From assembly GCA_964016885.1 (NCBI GenBank), contig OZ024758.1, positions 12,586,001 through 12,650,000 on the forward strand: 64,000 bases of DNA, written 5' to 3'. The stretch comes from Eledone cirrhosa (taxonomy: Eukaryota). Made by a program: the position numbers and the translations under genes. The notes under the pieces were generated by a model that saw only the letters and a program-made list of their open reading frames with translations, ran no database searches and was not told the origin of the DNA. Of this stretch, positions 44,150 through 56,961 are shown one piece after another (the first letter of the stretch is position 1; each line of letters starts with the position of its first letter).

Positions 44150-44956
44150 TCGTTCACGATTTCACCGAACTTATATTCATGGAAATCTGGGACTTGACTC
44201 TTTCTTCCTCACTTTTCGTTGCTTTACCATCTTTGTTTGTTTACAGTCTCGCTCGTTCCCCATATTTACGTGTCCCAACGACTTTCTTTAGCCGTTGCTC
44301 GCACCAACCGGAGGTATATGGTCTTTAAAGCGATGAAATACCAATGAAGGTTGGAAGATCACTGATGAAGGACTAACTTTATTCATATATATATATACTT
44401 ACATATGTGTGTATATACCAGGTTACTATAAAAAGCATTTGTTGTTTCACTCAAAGATTTCCATTTCATTTTCTTTAAGGGGTCGATAAAATAAAGTACC
44501 AGTAACACACTGAGGTCGATTTAATTGACTTTCCCCATCCCCAAAATTGTTGGCTTTGAACCTAAAGCAGAAACCATTATTCCGAGATAGTCAACTTCTA
44601 AACGAGATTATATCGAATTGCTTTTAGAATAAGTTAGAAAATGTTAGACATTTTTAGAATAAACGTAAATATGATACAAGAAATCTTGGCTGGAATTTGG
44701 TAAATTTGAGAAACATCGTGAAAATAAACAAACAAAAAGAAAAAAAAAATCATGAAACTATTCCGTCTGTAATCTTTAGATTCTTAAAAATATAAAATAA
44801 ACATATTTCTATTTCTTTATCATCATATTGAATAAAATGTTCAGTATGAGAGTTACGATGTTGTATATATGGTTGATACGCTGTATTTTGTATTCTTAAA
44901 CATTCCTGTTTGGCATCTGTATATCGTCAAACATGGCGTACATAACAACAAAACAA

Positions 44957-45006
<50 letters not shown>

Positions 45007-45489
45007 GGCCAGTTCAAACATTGATTTTGGACTAAAATCGTTTAAACTACCAGAATAAACTATAGAAGTAACTTCATACAGCGCCTCTCTCTTCCGCTTA
45101 TAACGTAATTTATATATTGTTGTTATTGCTATTGTTGTTGCTATTGTTGTTGCTGTTGTTGTTGTTGTTGTTGTTGTCGTTGTTGCTGATTTTATTGTTG
45201 CTGTTGTTGCTGTTGATGTTGTGTTGTTGTTGTCGTTGTTGTTGTTGTCATTGTTGTTGCTGTTGGTCTTGCTGCTGTTGTCGTTGTTGTTGTTGTTGGA
45301 ACAAAGACGTTTCAAATTTGATCATTTCATCTTTTTGTAAATCCAAGACTTCAAAAATCTCGTTGAGGTCAATTCTGATTTTTCATTCTTTCAGGGTAGA
45401 TAAAATAAAGGGTGGTGGTGGTGGTGGTGGGGGGGTGGTGTTGGCGATGGTGATGGGTGATGGTGGTGGTGGTGGTGGTAATGGTGGTG

Positions 45490-45890
45490 GTGGTGGTGGA
45501 GGAGGTGATGATCGTGTGGGGTGGTGGTGTTGGCGATGCTGATGGTGACAGTGGTGGTGGTGGTGGAGGTGATGATCGTGTGGGGTGGTGGTGTTGGCGG
45601 TGGTGATGGTGACAGTGGTGGTGGTGGTGGAGGTGATGATCGTGTGGGGTGGTGGTGTTGGCGATGCTGATGGTGACAGTGGTGGTGGTGGTGGAGGTGA
45701 TGATCGTGTGGGGTGGTGGTGTTGGCGGTGGTGATGGTGACAGTGGTGGTGGTGGAGGAGGTGATGATCGTGTGGGGTGGTGGTGTTGGCGATGCTGATG
45801 GTGACAGTGGTGGTGGTGGTGGAGGTGATGATCGTGTGGGGTGGTGGTGTTGGCGGTGGTGATGGTGACGGTGGTGGTGGTGGTGGAGGA
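45490..45890. repeat. 64-bp minisatellite x6 with alternating A/B units
   Basis: ATCGTGTGGGG recurs every 64 bp from 45511 to 45831. Confidence 0.9.
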
Positions 45891-46144
45891 GGAATTCTTA
45901 CAGAGTCAATACGAGATGACTTGCAGTATTTGTTCCGCTGCTTAGAATTCCGAGTTCAAACCCTGTTATATGGCTATTTCGACATAATCTGCCGCTCAGT
46001 TTAACGCCATTACTAGTTACGTTTCCGTAGTGATTTCCAGAGATTGACTGAGGATTGACTGAGAAGATGGAACTGTCCGTCTTTCCGTTGTTTTTTCCGT
46101 GTTGATTTGTTTGTGTGTGTGTGTGTGTGTGGATGTGGTTGTGT

Positions 46145-46226
<82 letters not shown>

Positions 46227-46368
46227 TACTTTTTCCTTTCTTCACATTCTCCCTACCGAAAAACGAGCATCAGAAACGTTAAATCACATTTATTACTTGG
46301 GCTAAGCAATAAACTTATATGCTCTTATGGTAATGGTGGTGCTTTTTCATTTTTTAAAGTATCGCTCT

Positions 46369-46407
<39 letters not shown>

Positions 46408-46517
46408 AAATTGCTCTGGTCTTCTTTTAGTCCATTGTGCGCTTGCCGCATATCTCGAAAATTTCGTTTCGCTTGTTTTTGACCACAGCCGAAATACGAT
46501 CTCACTGAAATTATTTT

Positions 46518-46645
<128 letters not shown>

Positions 46646-47391
46646 CATACATACAAACATATATATAGTCGAATAGTCGAAGAAGGTGTCGAAAATTGCT
46701 AATAGACGAGAAGAAACAGGAAAAAAAGTAAGATAGTTTTTTTTTCCGTACAAAACCATTACATACGCACACAGGTACATATATTTATACACACATACAT
46801 ATACATATATACATACATATATGTATGTATGTATATATATATATACACAATAAAATGTGATGAACCTTTATGAATGAGCTTTACAAAAATGAATGTAACC
46901 TGATTTATTCGGTTCAACCATGTATGAAATATATATATATATATATATGTATGTGTATGTGTGCGTGTGTATGTATATATATATATGTGTGTGTGTGTGT
47001 ATGATATATATATACATATATACATATATATATGTGTATACATATATACATATATACATATATATGCCTCAGACAAAAAGTCAGAAAACAACAAGAACAT
47101 ATTACAACAACAACAGCAACAACAACAGCAACAACAACAGCAATACATTCTAAGTGAGGGGGTAAGTTAAGTGTTATATGTATTGTGTGATTTGAACATT
47201 TATCAAGTGTTAGCAGTATTGTGTTTGTTGTTTATATAGAAGGTAAGGGAGATAAATCAATGTATCTGTTTTACCTTTGACTTAGTTAGAAAGGTACTCT
47301 TTAATTTTCTGTCACCTCTCTTTTCTTTATCTACTTTGTCATCTTATTATATTTCTAACTAGATGCCGGCTTGAACAGATTATTGTATTTC

Positions 47392-47483
<92 letters not shown>

Positions 47484-47571
47484 TCTCTCTCTCCCTCTCG
47501 CTCTCGTTCTCTCATTCTCTCCTACTATCTCTCTAACTATTCAGATGTATATTGCTATGTAGGAGCACCAG

Positions 47572-47672
<101 letters not shown>

Positions 47673-47769
47673 TGTGTGTGTGTGTGATCAAAAGTAATAA
47701 CAAAAATAGCAAAACAAACGGCACAGAACATATGAATATATTAGTTTAACGCTTAAAAATCAGGAAGAG

Positions 47770-47808
47770 AGTCTTAAAGTTTCGGACACTAGTCTTTCAT
47801 CAGGAGAT
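47770..47808 (-). ncRNA. Hammerhead motif, family A
   Basis: Reverse complement TCTCCTGATGAAAGACTAGTGTCCGAAACTTTAAGA. The downstream AAGCGTTAA.CTAATATAT is shared with 12151-12169. Confidence 0.6.
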
Positions 47809-47843
47809 AGAGTTAGAAATATAAGATAAATAGAAAGTAAAGA

Positions 47844-47888
<45 letters not shown>

Positions 47889-47966
47889 TTCTACTTTAGG
47901 CACAAGGCCAGCAATTATCCAGTGCATTACTGGTACTTTATTTTATCGACCCCGTAAGGATGAAAG

Positions 47967-48000
<34 letters not shown>

Positions 48001-48154
48001 GTGAAAGAATGAAGAATGAAGAGTAACATGATTGGCTGTACAATAAGGGGCTTTATTTTAAGTACTGACAATTGTTTCGTTGATCAGGTGAGTCTAGGGG
48101 TCTCTAATCGCTTGAAGTTGGGTCACTCGATCTCCAATACATTATTTACCTCTG

Positions 48155-48187
<33 letters not shown>

Positions 48188-48191
48188 TATA

Positions 48192-48290
<99 letters not shown>

Positions 48291-49203
48291 GCATTCCGAA
48301 GGAGACGTCTTCGAGAGTGCTCAATGCTCAATAAACCAATATTTTTTAGCTATATACTTATCCAAACGAATTGATTCAAAACCCAATTCGTGGCAGAAAT
48401 ATAAGCTCGGAATTCATTTTATGAGGATAAGAAAAATAAAAATAAAAATAAAAATAAAAAGAAGAAAAATAAAAAAAGGTAAACAGAAAAAGACAGTTAA
48501 AAGGGGGAAAGAAAAAAAAAAAAATGAAAATAAACCAAATCAGAAAAAGGAATGACATATAATATAGAAACTTATATTAGGGCCGAGAAATATTCATGAA
48601 GAAATGGTGATTAAAGTTAAAGAGCAAACAAGAATACGTATATTCTTTTTCTGCGAATATTTGTGTAAAATTACTTAATAAGCATTTTGAACTTATAACC
48701 TGTTGTAAACATCGGACGAAGAAAACTGTGAAATATTACAATCCAATAAATGTCATTATAGATAACTATAAAATTTAAACCTATCATGTATTTCTATTAG
48801 TGTATGTTTCTACATGTATAAACATTGTTCCAACATTTTATATCTATATCTATTTTATCTTATTTTTTTTTTGTTGTTGTTGTTGTATACGTATAAGTAT
48901 ATATACATTTACGAGCATGTATGTATACGCATATTTATTTTTATTCTCTTATTATTTATATTATTATTTATGTTATTATTATTTTATTTGCCACGGGGAC
49001 GTCTGATGAAGGAGACATTACTAGAGTAAATTACATGACGGTTACGCCGAAGAAAAAGCAAAGGAACAAAGAATGCTCTATAAATAATACAGAGCTATTT
49101 AAGATTGTCTGGGGTCCTGAAACCTTTGGTAATGGAGTAGTTATATATTGTGTTGTTCATTTAATTAATTTAATTAAATATATAAATCTAATTAAATATA
49201 TAA

Positions 49204-49275
<72 letters not shown>

Positions 49276-49378
49276 AAATTATCAAATTATAAATGCGAGG
49301 AAAAAATAGACAAAGAATTACCTATTTTTTCTTCAAAGTCCCATCCCAGCTGCAGTGTCATCGGCTGGTTTGCCCCAA

Positions 49379-49414
<36 letters not shown>

Positions 49415-49713
49415 CGTTTCTGAATTTGTTTAGCAAGATTCTTTATCTGAAAACGTGTGTTTAAACCGATATTGTTATGCTTTGGGAGGGTCATGTTGCC
49501 AATAAGAAACATACGCACCAGTTGCTTTCACCCCAGACACTGAAAAGGTCACAGAATGTGTGACGAAAGAACAACCGTCCGGTTATGGAACGAATCAACC
49601 AACCAACCGGAAATTTATAAATTCTTAAATTTATAAATTTAATTTATAATAAATTGGAGTGAAAGCAACTGGTGCGTGTGTTTCTTATTGGCAACATGAC
49701 CCTCCCAAAGCAT

Positions 49714-49752
<39 letters not shown>

Positions 49753-49922
49753 ATAACAAGGTATCGTTTAAGGTAATCCAACTAGAGGTTTGAGTACTCT
49801 GTGTCGAGGATAGTTTTAACGTACGGTGTTGTTTGTTTAAACAAGAAGTTTCCTTAGTCGGGTGGGCGGATTAAGAAAGTTCCTATTGTACAGCCGATCC
49901 CATGTTATTCTGCATTCTTTTG

Positions 49923-49963
<41 letters not shown>

Positions 49964-49967
<4 letters not shown>

Positions 49968-50155
49968 AACGAGTAGGACCCCGACGGCTGAGCTCAAGCC
50001 GTTTCGACGGCTGATTAGTCCAGAATTAGCCGTCGAAACGGCTTGAGCTCAGCCGTCGGGGTCCTACTCGTTCCTATTACCCACTGTACTACCCTAAGTA
50101 TTGAGTACTTTGGTGCGTTATGGTCCCCCTGGTTCCTTACCACATTTCCTTCGTT
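49964..50155 (+). mobile_element. 137-bp element with 5' fold-back arm
   Basis: Full copy 50018-50155 preceded by an inverted arm at 49964-50012. Confidence 0.82.
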
Positions 50156-50693
50156 ATATATATATTCGAAACAGACTTTATATATATATATAGATTATAT
50201 ATATAGATTCGAAACAATCTAAAGGTTGTTTCGAATCGGGAGGCTCATCAGGTCGGTATTTATACTTATTTCTGTGGCGTTAAGCGACTGAGATTACAAG
50301 ATTCCTCCCTTGGATAGGACATCAGTCCTTAACAGGGTTAAACTCCCCAGCTATTGCTGCTGGTACTAATTTGTATCTGAGTATACTGGAACAACGTGAA
50401 ATGAAGTGCTTTACTCAATATAAACGAGAATATTGAAATAAAATAATATAAAATTGATAATAAAGTAGATTTAAAAAAAAAAAAAAAAATACACAAGGCC
50501 AGATATATTTTGAGAGAAGATTCAATCGATTAAATCGATCTCCACATTACAATGGTATTTATTTTTATCGGCCTCAGAAGGATGAAAGGTAAAAGTTAAC
50601 CTTTGAACTGGATGTACTACATACCGAACGGGGGCGGGAAAAACACAGTGTAATCAATTACCACAACAATACTGAAAAAAAAAATGTTGCTAC

Positions 50694-50729
50694 TGATGAT
50701 GATGATGATGGTGATGATGGTGTTGATGG

Positions 50730-50761
<32 letters not shown>

Positions 50762-51325
50762 GTGGTGATGGTGGTGATGATGATGGTGATGATGATGATG
50801 AGGATGGTGGTGATGATGGTGGTGGTGGTGGTGGTGGTGATGATGGTGATGATGGTGGTGATCGTGGTGATCGTGATGATGAGAATGATGGTGGTGATGA
50901 TGGTGGTGATGATGATGGTGGTGATGGTGGTGATGATGATGATGATGGTGGTGATCGTGATGGTGATGATGATGGTGGTGGTGATGATGAGGATGGTGGT
51001 GATGATGATGGTGATGGTGATGATGGTGGTGGTTATGGTGATGATGATGATGGTGATGATGATGATGGTGATGATGATGATGATGAGGATGATGGTGGTG
51101 ATGATGGTGATGATGAGGATGGTGGTGATGATGGTGGTGATGGTGATGATGATGATGATGGTGGTGGTGTTGATGATGATGATGATGGTGGTGGTGATGG
51201 TGATGATGATGGTGGTGATGGTGATGGTGATGGTGGTGATGATGATGGTGATGATGATGACTATGATGATATCAATGTCATCACCACCATCATCATCACC
51301 ATCACCATCATCATCACCATCATTA
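50694..51325. repeat. (GAT/GGT)n trinucleotide tract switching to (CAT/CAC)n
   Basis: Direct reading of the sequence. Confidence 0.9.
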
Positions 51326-51528
51326 ACCATATCATCATACTCGTTGTCTCATCATATAATGTTTATCACTACACAACATTTCAACATTAAAGGATAAACT
51401 CCACAATTCATAACTGCATATGTAAGCAATTCTCAAATCTACTAAAATACATCTATGTCTCCCCCCTCTCTCTCTCTATCTATCTATCTATCTCTCTATC
51501 TCTCTCTCTATCTCTCTATCTATCTATA

Positions 51529-51611
<83 letters not shown>

Positions 51612-51612
51612 A

Positions 51613-51650
<38 letters not shown>

Positions 51651-51705
51651 ATAGTTAAACAAAAAAAAAAAAGTTTTTTCTTGTTGAAAAGTCAATATTT
51701 TTTAA

Positions 51706-53499
51706 ATGGCCGAAGCTTCTTCACCAAAATTCGAAGGAGGAAAGGGGAAGATGAACTTACAGCTTCCCCCTGCCACTGTCACAGTAGCAGAGGTCAAGAA
51801 GAAAGGTCAGCCAGAGGAAGAATTCTCTCCACCTGTTAACCGACAGCTTGACGTTGCCATGGCAACAACCCAAAGAACCAGCAGCAACAGCAACAACAAC
51901 AACAATGCGACGGACGAAAACAACACCAATAACAATAACAACAACAACAACAACAAGACCAATAACGGTGACAACAACAACAATGATAACAACAACACCA
52001 CCAACGACAACAACAACACAAACAAACAAAATTTCTCCTTCGCCGAGACGACAAGGAAAACCCTCGACTATCTGCCAGTAGATATAACAAAAGCGAAGGA
52101 GCTACTGGCGGATGCGAAAAAATATATAGTGTACGGGGAAAATGGTTCATTCACAATCCATTCCCCCCCGGAACTAAAAAGCCAGAGACTCCTAAACACG
52201 GTCATGTTTAGGACAATCTCGAACAAAAGTAAAAAACCAGCTCAACCATCACAGAGCGAGATAGAGCTGGTTTTAAAAGACGTCATGAAGGACATCACCT
52301 TCATTCAGAAGGATAGACTCTACGGGAGTCTATCCATCCTCATGAAGGACAGGGACACAGCAGTGAAACTGTCCATCAAACCAATCACATCCACCGCATA
52401 CACCTTCTACCCTACGTACATGGGTAGAAGAACACAAAAAATAAAAATCCACACCATCCTGCCGATTATGGACATATGGTGGGTTTTGACAGGTTTTCTG
52501 GACCTGGAGGATGACATGCTGGTGTCCATGGGAAAGGCATCGGGTGACGCGTTCAGTGGAACGAGCCTCGAACTTGTAGTTCAAATGAGGCCCGAAAGGA
52601 TCGCCCAGATCCCTGAACGCGTCATACTGGATGATCTAACCTTCATCAACATTACCGTTGAGGGTAGACGGCCCTCGTGTTACCTCTGCGGAACCAGAGG
52701 TCACCTGAGGGCTGTCTGTCCCCAACTTAATAAGAAAACCCCAATCCTGCCTACACCACCAACAACTGCACAACCAACACAATCACCACAACTACCACTA
52801 CAAAAACAACCACCACAGCTCAAACCAAAACAAAACAATGTCCAACCCATCCCCTCCACTCAAAAAACAAAAACAATTTCCAAAACGCCCGTACCGCAAA
52901 CACAACCCGAAAATATACCCCTCCCCTCCAACGCGGAAGATGACCCTAGTTCGTCGTCAGACGAGGAGGAGCACTTCCACACAATCAAAAGAAAAAAAAG
53001 AAAACACACCTCAGACACACAAATGAAAAATAACCCTCCCCAAAACATAACAGTGACACCAACACAAAAGAGCTCACAACAACAGCAAACAAAAAACACC
53101 ACACAAAAACAAAAACATGCATACACATACATAAATACAAGAAACAAAAAACTGTTAAACATTGTGTACAACAACAATCTAATAAAAACACAAGGGCCTA
53201 ACTTCACCCAGGCAGGGGATTTCCCCCACCTCAAAATGATTAAGGCCCCACAGGACACCTATAAAACTTTAAAAAACAATTTTAAAGAGGACGTGGGTCC
53301 CCCCTGCGTCGGGCCCATTAACCGCGTCCTCCTAAAAAACTATCCCACCCCCTCCCCAAACACCCACACAACTCCAAGCTCCCCAACCACACAACACACT
53401 GATGCCCCCACACTTCCACAAACCACCACCCCACCCAACAACCCATCCCCCACCCTAATGGAAATTGTGCAGCCCGATACCCGGGACGCAGAGAGGTAA
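51706..53499 (+). CDS. ORF1p, gag-like nucleic-acid-binding protein of the retrotransposon (597 aa)
   Basis: CCHC zinc knuckle CYLCGTRGHLRAVC (CX2CX4HX4C), basic KRKKRKH patch, and N-rich and P/T/Q-rich low-complexity linkers. Lies directly upstream of ORF2. Confidence 0.9.
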   Translation: MAEASSPKFEGGKGKMNLQLPPATVTVAEVKKKGQPEEEFSPPVNRQLDVAMATTQRTSSNSNNNNNATDENNTNNNNNNNNNKTNNGDNNNNDNNNTTNDNNNTNKQNFSFAETTRKTLDYLPVDITKAKELLADAKKYIVYGENGSFTIHSPPELKSQRLLNTVMFRTISNKSKKPAQPSQSEIELVLKDVMKDITFIQKDRLYGSLSILMKDRDTAVKLSIKPITSTAYTFYPTYMGRRTQKIKIHTILPIMDIWWVLTGFLDLEDDMLVSMGKASGDAFSGTSLELVVQMRPERIAQIPERVILDDLTFINITVEGRRPSCYLCGTRGHLRAVCPQLNKKTPILPTPPTTAQPTQSPQLPLQKQPPQLKPKQNNVQPIPSTQKTKTISKTPVPQTQPENIPLPSNAEDDPSSSSDEEEHFHTIKRKKRKHTSDTQMKNNPPQNITVTPTQKSSQQQQTKNTTQKQKHAYTYINTRNKKLLNIVYNNNLIKTQGPNFTQAGDFPHLKMIKAPQDTYKTLKNNFKEDVGPPCVGPINRVLLKNYPTPSPNTHTTPSSPTTQHTDAPTLPQTTTPPNNPSPTLMEIVQPDTRDAER

Positions 53500-56400
53500 G
53501 TGCCTTTTCTCTTCACCACCAACATGGCTATGCTAAGAGTAGGCTGTTTAAATGCGCGTGGCCTGGGCTCAACTTGGAAGCAAGCAATGCTTCTAAATGA
53601 CCTCAGGTCACAACGTATAGATGTGATGGTTATTTGCGAGGCCCGGATCAGCAACGTGCGACAGCTGGCCCCCACCTTTGATGACTTTGAGATGCACGCA
53701 TCTCTCTGTCAGCCCGGAGGTGGGGGTGGAGTTGTCGTTCTGCTGCAAAAACATCTGGGTCTCGCAACACAGATGGTACATTTGGACCCGGAGGGTCGAC
53801 TAGTGGTTCTGGACCTTGGCAGTGGTAAAGGCGGAGCGTTTAGGTTGGTAGCCGCCTACGGCCCTTTCGGGTCAATGCGGCCGGACTTCTTCCATCGTCT
53901 GGAGACTTTTCTGGGGACGTCCCGCTCCTTGCTATTAGTGGGGGACTGGAATGGTATCCTAGATGCACGCTGGGACTACGTAGGGGCCTGTCCCGATAGA
54001 GAGGGGTGTAATAGCCTCAAAGGGTTAATCGGTCGATTTGACCTGGCCGATAGATATCGACTAGATTTTCCGACTGCGACAACCTGGACTTGGGCAAATC
54101 GTAGCGGATCATCTAGGTCGTACCTAGATAGGTTCTTAGTTAGAATTAAGGATAAGGACTTTTTAAGTTGTCCAAAAATGCGCATGGTTGGCTATTCAGA
54201 CCACAAATTAGTGACCTGCATGGTCAACCTTGACAGAACTCATAGACAGGGCACCGGTTACTGGAAGCTCAACTTGTCCTTGCCGGCAAGTAGAGCCTAC
54301 AGGAATCGGATTAGTACGTTAGTTAAGGAACGGTTGACTGGAGCGATCGTCAACAGCAGGTGGTGGGTATCTCTAAAGAGAGAGATTAGAGTAGTCTCGA
54401 TAGAATTTAGTAAGGTTCTAGCTGCGGATAGGAATAGGAAGGAAAGGGAGCTAATAGATAGAGTAGAAGAGGCAATTAGAAGCGGCGACGTGGCCAGAGT
54501 GCTAGCGTCGAGAACGGCTTTGAGCCAGTTTTTCGACGCGAAGCACGAAGGCTGCGTTGTCCGAAGTAAAATACGTGCTCTAGGGAACGAGGGGACCAAA
54601 GCTGTTAGCTGGGCCCGCGTGACAGAGGCCAACAGTGGAACTAAATCCACCATCCGGTCTTTGCGAGACCTGGATGGACGGGCGATTCTTGAGCCTAAGC
54701 AGATGTGTGAGGCCTTTCAAAGGCACTTTGCCCGACTGTTCGGGAGGGGCGGGGAGCCGGTTGGGAACGTGGACTTCGGTTCATACCTCGACGGCCTGCC
54801 GCGCCTCTCGGACAGGGAGGCGAAGTCCTGCGAGGAGCCGATTTCGGCCGCTGAGATAGAGGACGTGCTGAGCCAATGCGGCAAACGCAAATCCCCGGGT
54901 CTCGATGGTCTTCCTTACGAATTATATCTAGCTATGCCGGACTTGTTCCCCGATCTCCTCGAGGCGGTCTACTGCAACTGGCAACAGAACGGGAGAATTC
55001 CCTGTACTGTGACCAAGGGCGTAGTCACGCTAGTGAGGAAGGACGAGAACAAGGGGGACGAAATAAGTAACTTCAGGCCCATAACTCTGCTAAATACAGA
55101 GTTACAGATTTTGGCCAAGGTGCTAGCAAAGAGGTTGGCGCTTGTCGTGGGCAACCTGGTGGGAGATGCGCAGACATGCGCTATCCCGTCCAGGTCCATC
55201 CATGACAACCTCCACCTCATGCGATACATCATAGAGAGGGTTGGGCACGAACCCGGCTTTGGTGGGGCTCTGATCAACTTGGATCAATCTAAGGCGTTCG
55301 ATAGGGTCGACCATGGTTACCTGGATGCGGTGCTAGCGGCGGCAGGCTTCGGACCCGTTTTCAGGGGCTGGATCACTGCTATGCACAGCAGCCGCATCTG
55401 CTCTAGGGTCAAGGTGAACGGCTACCTCTCGGAGCCGTTCCAAATCGCGCGGTCCATCCGACAAGGGTGCCCTCTCTCCTCCCTTCTGTATGTGTTGACT
55501 CTAGAGCCACTACTGCGGAAGTTGGAGTTGTTGCAGGGCATCCCTTTGGAACCGGGATTGCGGAAAGCGGTGTCGGCCTACGCCGATGACGTGACAGTAA
55601 TGGTGTCGACGGCCTCCGAAATCGAGGCGGTCGGCACCTTACTGGAGGAGTACGAAAGGTTCACAGGGGCTAAGCTGAACCGGGACAAGTCGATCGGTTT
55701 GCAACTCGGCACGTGGAGGGGCAGACCGATGCCCTCCGATGGCGTCGTCGGACGCTGGACGGAGGGCCCGGTGAAGTTGCTCGGGGTCTGGTTCGGACCG
55801 GACCTCCAGGTGGAGAAAAACTGGGCGGAGGTTACGAACAGGGTGTTTGCACTGACCCAGAAGTGGGCCAGTTGCAAACTATCCCTGAAAGGTCGGGCGG
55901 AGGTGGCGAACACCTACATAGCGTCCGTCATCTACTACCGCCTGACCGTAGTGCCCTGCCCAAGGGAAACCCTCACCAAGATGGAGCGCGCGCTCTTCCA
56001 ATTCCTTTGGAAGAGGCGGGCTCCTATGGTGAGGAGATCCATCTGCTGTCAACACCCTTCGAAAGGAGGGCTGGGGATGCCGTGGCTAATGATGCGTAAA
56101 CACGCATTAAGGCTACGGCACCTCTACGTATTCCTCACCGGACAACCGGTGTGGGCCTCGTTTGTGAGACGAACCTTTCCCAGACTCGTCTCACTCACCG
56201 AGCTGCAATCCTGGGTCAAGCAAAGACCGAGAAAACTGGGCGCCTGGCACACTGAGTGTGCCCAGGCGCTCACCGCCCTCTGGCAGGCGGATCCGGTTAT
56301 CAGTGGAGACTCCACCGCAACATTCTATAGAGGGCTGGTACGCAGCAGGTGCGACGACGCCCTCGGAGAAGCCCTAGACATGGAGGAGGACGAACTGGCC

Positions 56401-56961
56401 AGCCTGTTCGGTAGGACATTCAGCCCGGGACCTATGGACAACTTCCAGAAGTCCCTGGCCTGGCAGTGCTACCGAGGGGCTTTACCCGTTCGAGAAAGGC
56501 TCTACAGACACGGGCGCCCGGGTAGGGACCCCGCCAAAAAGATCTGTCCCAGATGCGTGTGCGACGAGGAAACCGTTGCACACGCATTGGTACACTGCTC
56601 GGGCGTAGCCGATCTGTGGGGCTATGTCGAACAACTGCTGTCAAGGGTGGGACCGATCCGGTTGACCACCGAGTCTATTGTAATGATCAAGCCGCCTCCC
56701 CCCTTCAAAGATGAAGCAGAGGCGGTGTTTCTGTGCGTAATAGCCATGGCGAAAGAGGTTGTATGGTGGACGCGTCTGAAAGGACTGAGGTCAGGCACCT
56801 TTCTCTCTGGCCAACAACTGGTCCGTTTCTTCCGATATCATTTCGGAAGAAGGATCAGGATGGAGAGAGAGGTGCTGCACCCCAGCCGTTTCTATGAAAG
56901 ATGGGTGAAAGTGGCGAGAATGGCCCGTGTGAATGGGCCTTCACTCTACATCAGACTATAG
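53500..56961 (+). CDS. ORF2p: AP-endonuclease + reverse transcriptase + C-terminal zinc-finger; likely real start ATG 53524
   Basis: APE motifs CLNARG, GDWN, YLDRF and SDH. RT motifs KSPGLDG, FRPITLLN, DQSKAFDRVDH, RQGCPLS and YADD. C-terminal CPRC...ETVAHALVHC. ATG 53524 is in the strong context CCAACATGG. Confidence 0.96.
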   Translation: MPFLFTTNMAMLRVGCLNARGLGSTWKQAMLLNDLRSQRIDVMVICEARISNVRQLAPTFDDFEMHASLCQPGGGGGVVVLLQKHLGLATQMVHLDPEGRLVVLDLGSGKGGAFRLVAAYGPFGSMRPDFFHRLETFLGTSRSLLLVGDWNGILDARWDYVGACPDREGCNSLKGLIGRFDLADRYRLDFPTATTWTWANRSGSSRSYLDRFLVRIKDKDFLSCPKMRMVGYSDHKLVTCMVNLDRTHRQGTGYWKLNLSLPASRAYRNRISTLVKERLTGAIVNSRWWVSLKREIRVVSIEFSKVLAADRNRKERELIDRVEEAIRSGDVARVLASRTALSQFFDAKHEGCVVRSKIRALGNEGTKAVSWARVTEANSGTKSTIRSLRDLDGRAILEPKQMCEAFQRHFARLFGRGGEPVGNVDFGSYLDGLPRLSDREAKSCEEPISAAEIEDVLSQCGKRKSPGLDGLPYELYLAMPDLFPDLLEAVYCNWQQNGRIPCTVTKGVVTLVRKDENKGDEISNFRPITLLNTELQILAKVLAKRLALVVGNLVGDAQTCAIPSRSIHDNLHLMRYIIERVGHEPGFGGALINLDQSKAFDRVDHGYLDAVLAAAGFGPVFRGWITAMHSSRICSRVKVNGYLSEPFQIARSIRQGCPLSSLLYVLTLEPLLRKLELLQGIPLEPGLRKAVSAYADDVTVMVSTASEIEAVGTLLEEYERFTGAKLNRDKSIGLQLGTWRGRPMPSDGVVGRWTEGPVKLLGVWFGPDLQVEKNWAEVTNRVFALTQKWASCKLSLKGRAEVANTYIASVIYYRLTVVPCPRETLTKMERALFQFLWKRRAPMVRRSICCQHPSKGGLGMPWLMMRKHALRLRHLYVFLTGQPVWASFVRRTFPRLVSLTELQSWVKQRPRKLGAWHTECAQALTALWQADPVISGDSTATFYRGLVRSRCDDALGEALDMEEDELASLFGRTFSPGPMDNFQKSLAWQCYRGALPVRERLYRHGRPGRDPAKKICPRCVCDEETVAHALVHCSGVADLWGYVEQLLSRVGPIRLTTESIVMIKPPPPFKDEAEAVFLCVIAMAKEVVWWTRLKGLRSGTFLSGQQLVRFFRYHFGRRIRMEREVLHPSRFYERWVKVARMARVNGPSLYIRL

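Noticed and set aside
49003-49055. CTGATGA hammerhead core candidates here and at 38279, 50243 (-) and 57955 (-)
   Set aside because: No convincing stem II/GAAA/stem I arrangement could be paired.
53340-56644. Antisense and alternate-frame ORFs inside the LINE
   Set aside because: These are short shadow ORFs of the GC-rich ORF2 with no recognisable motifs.
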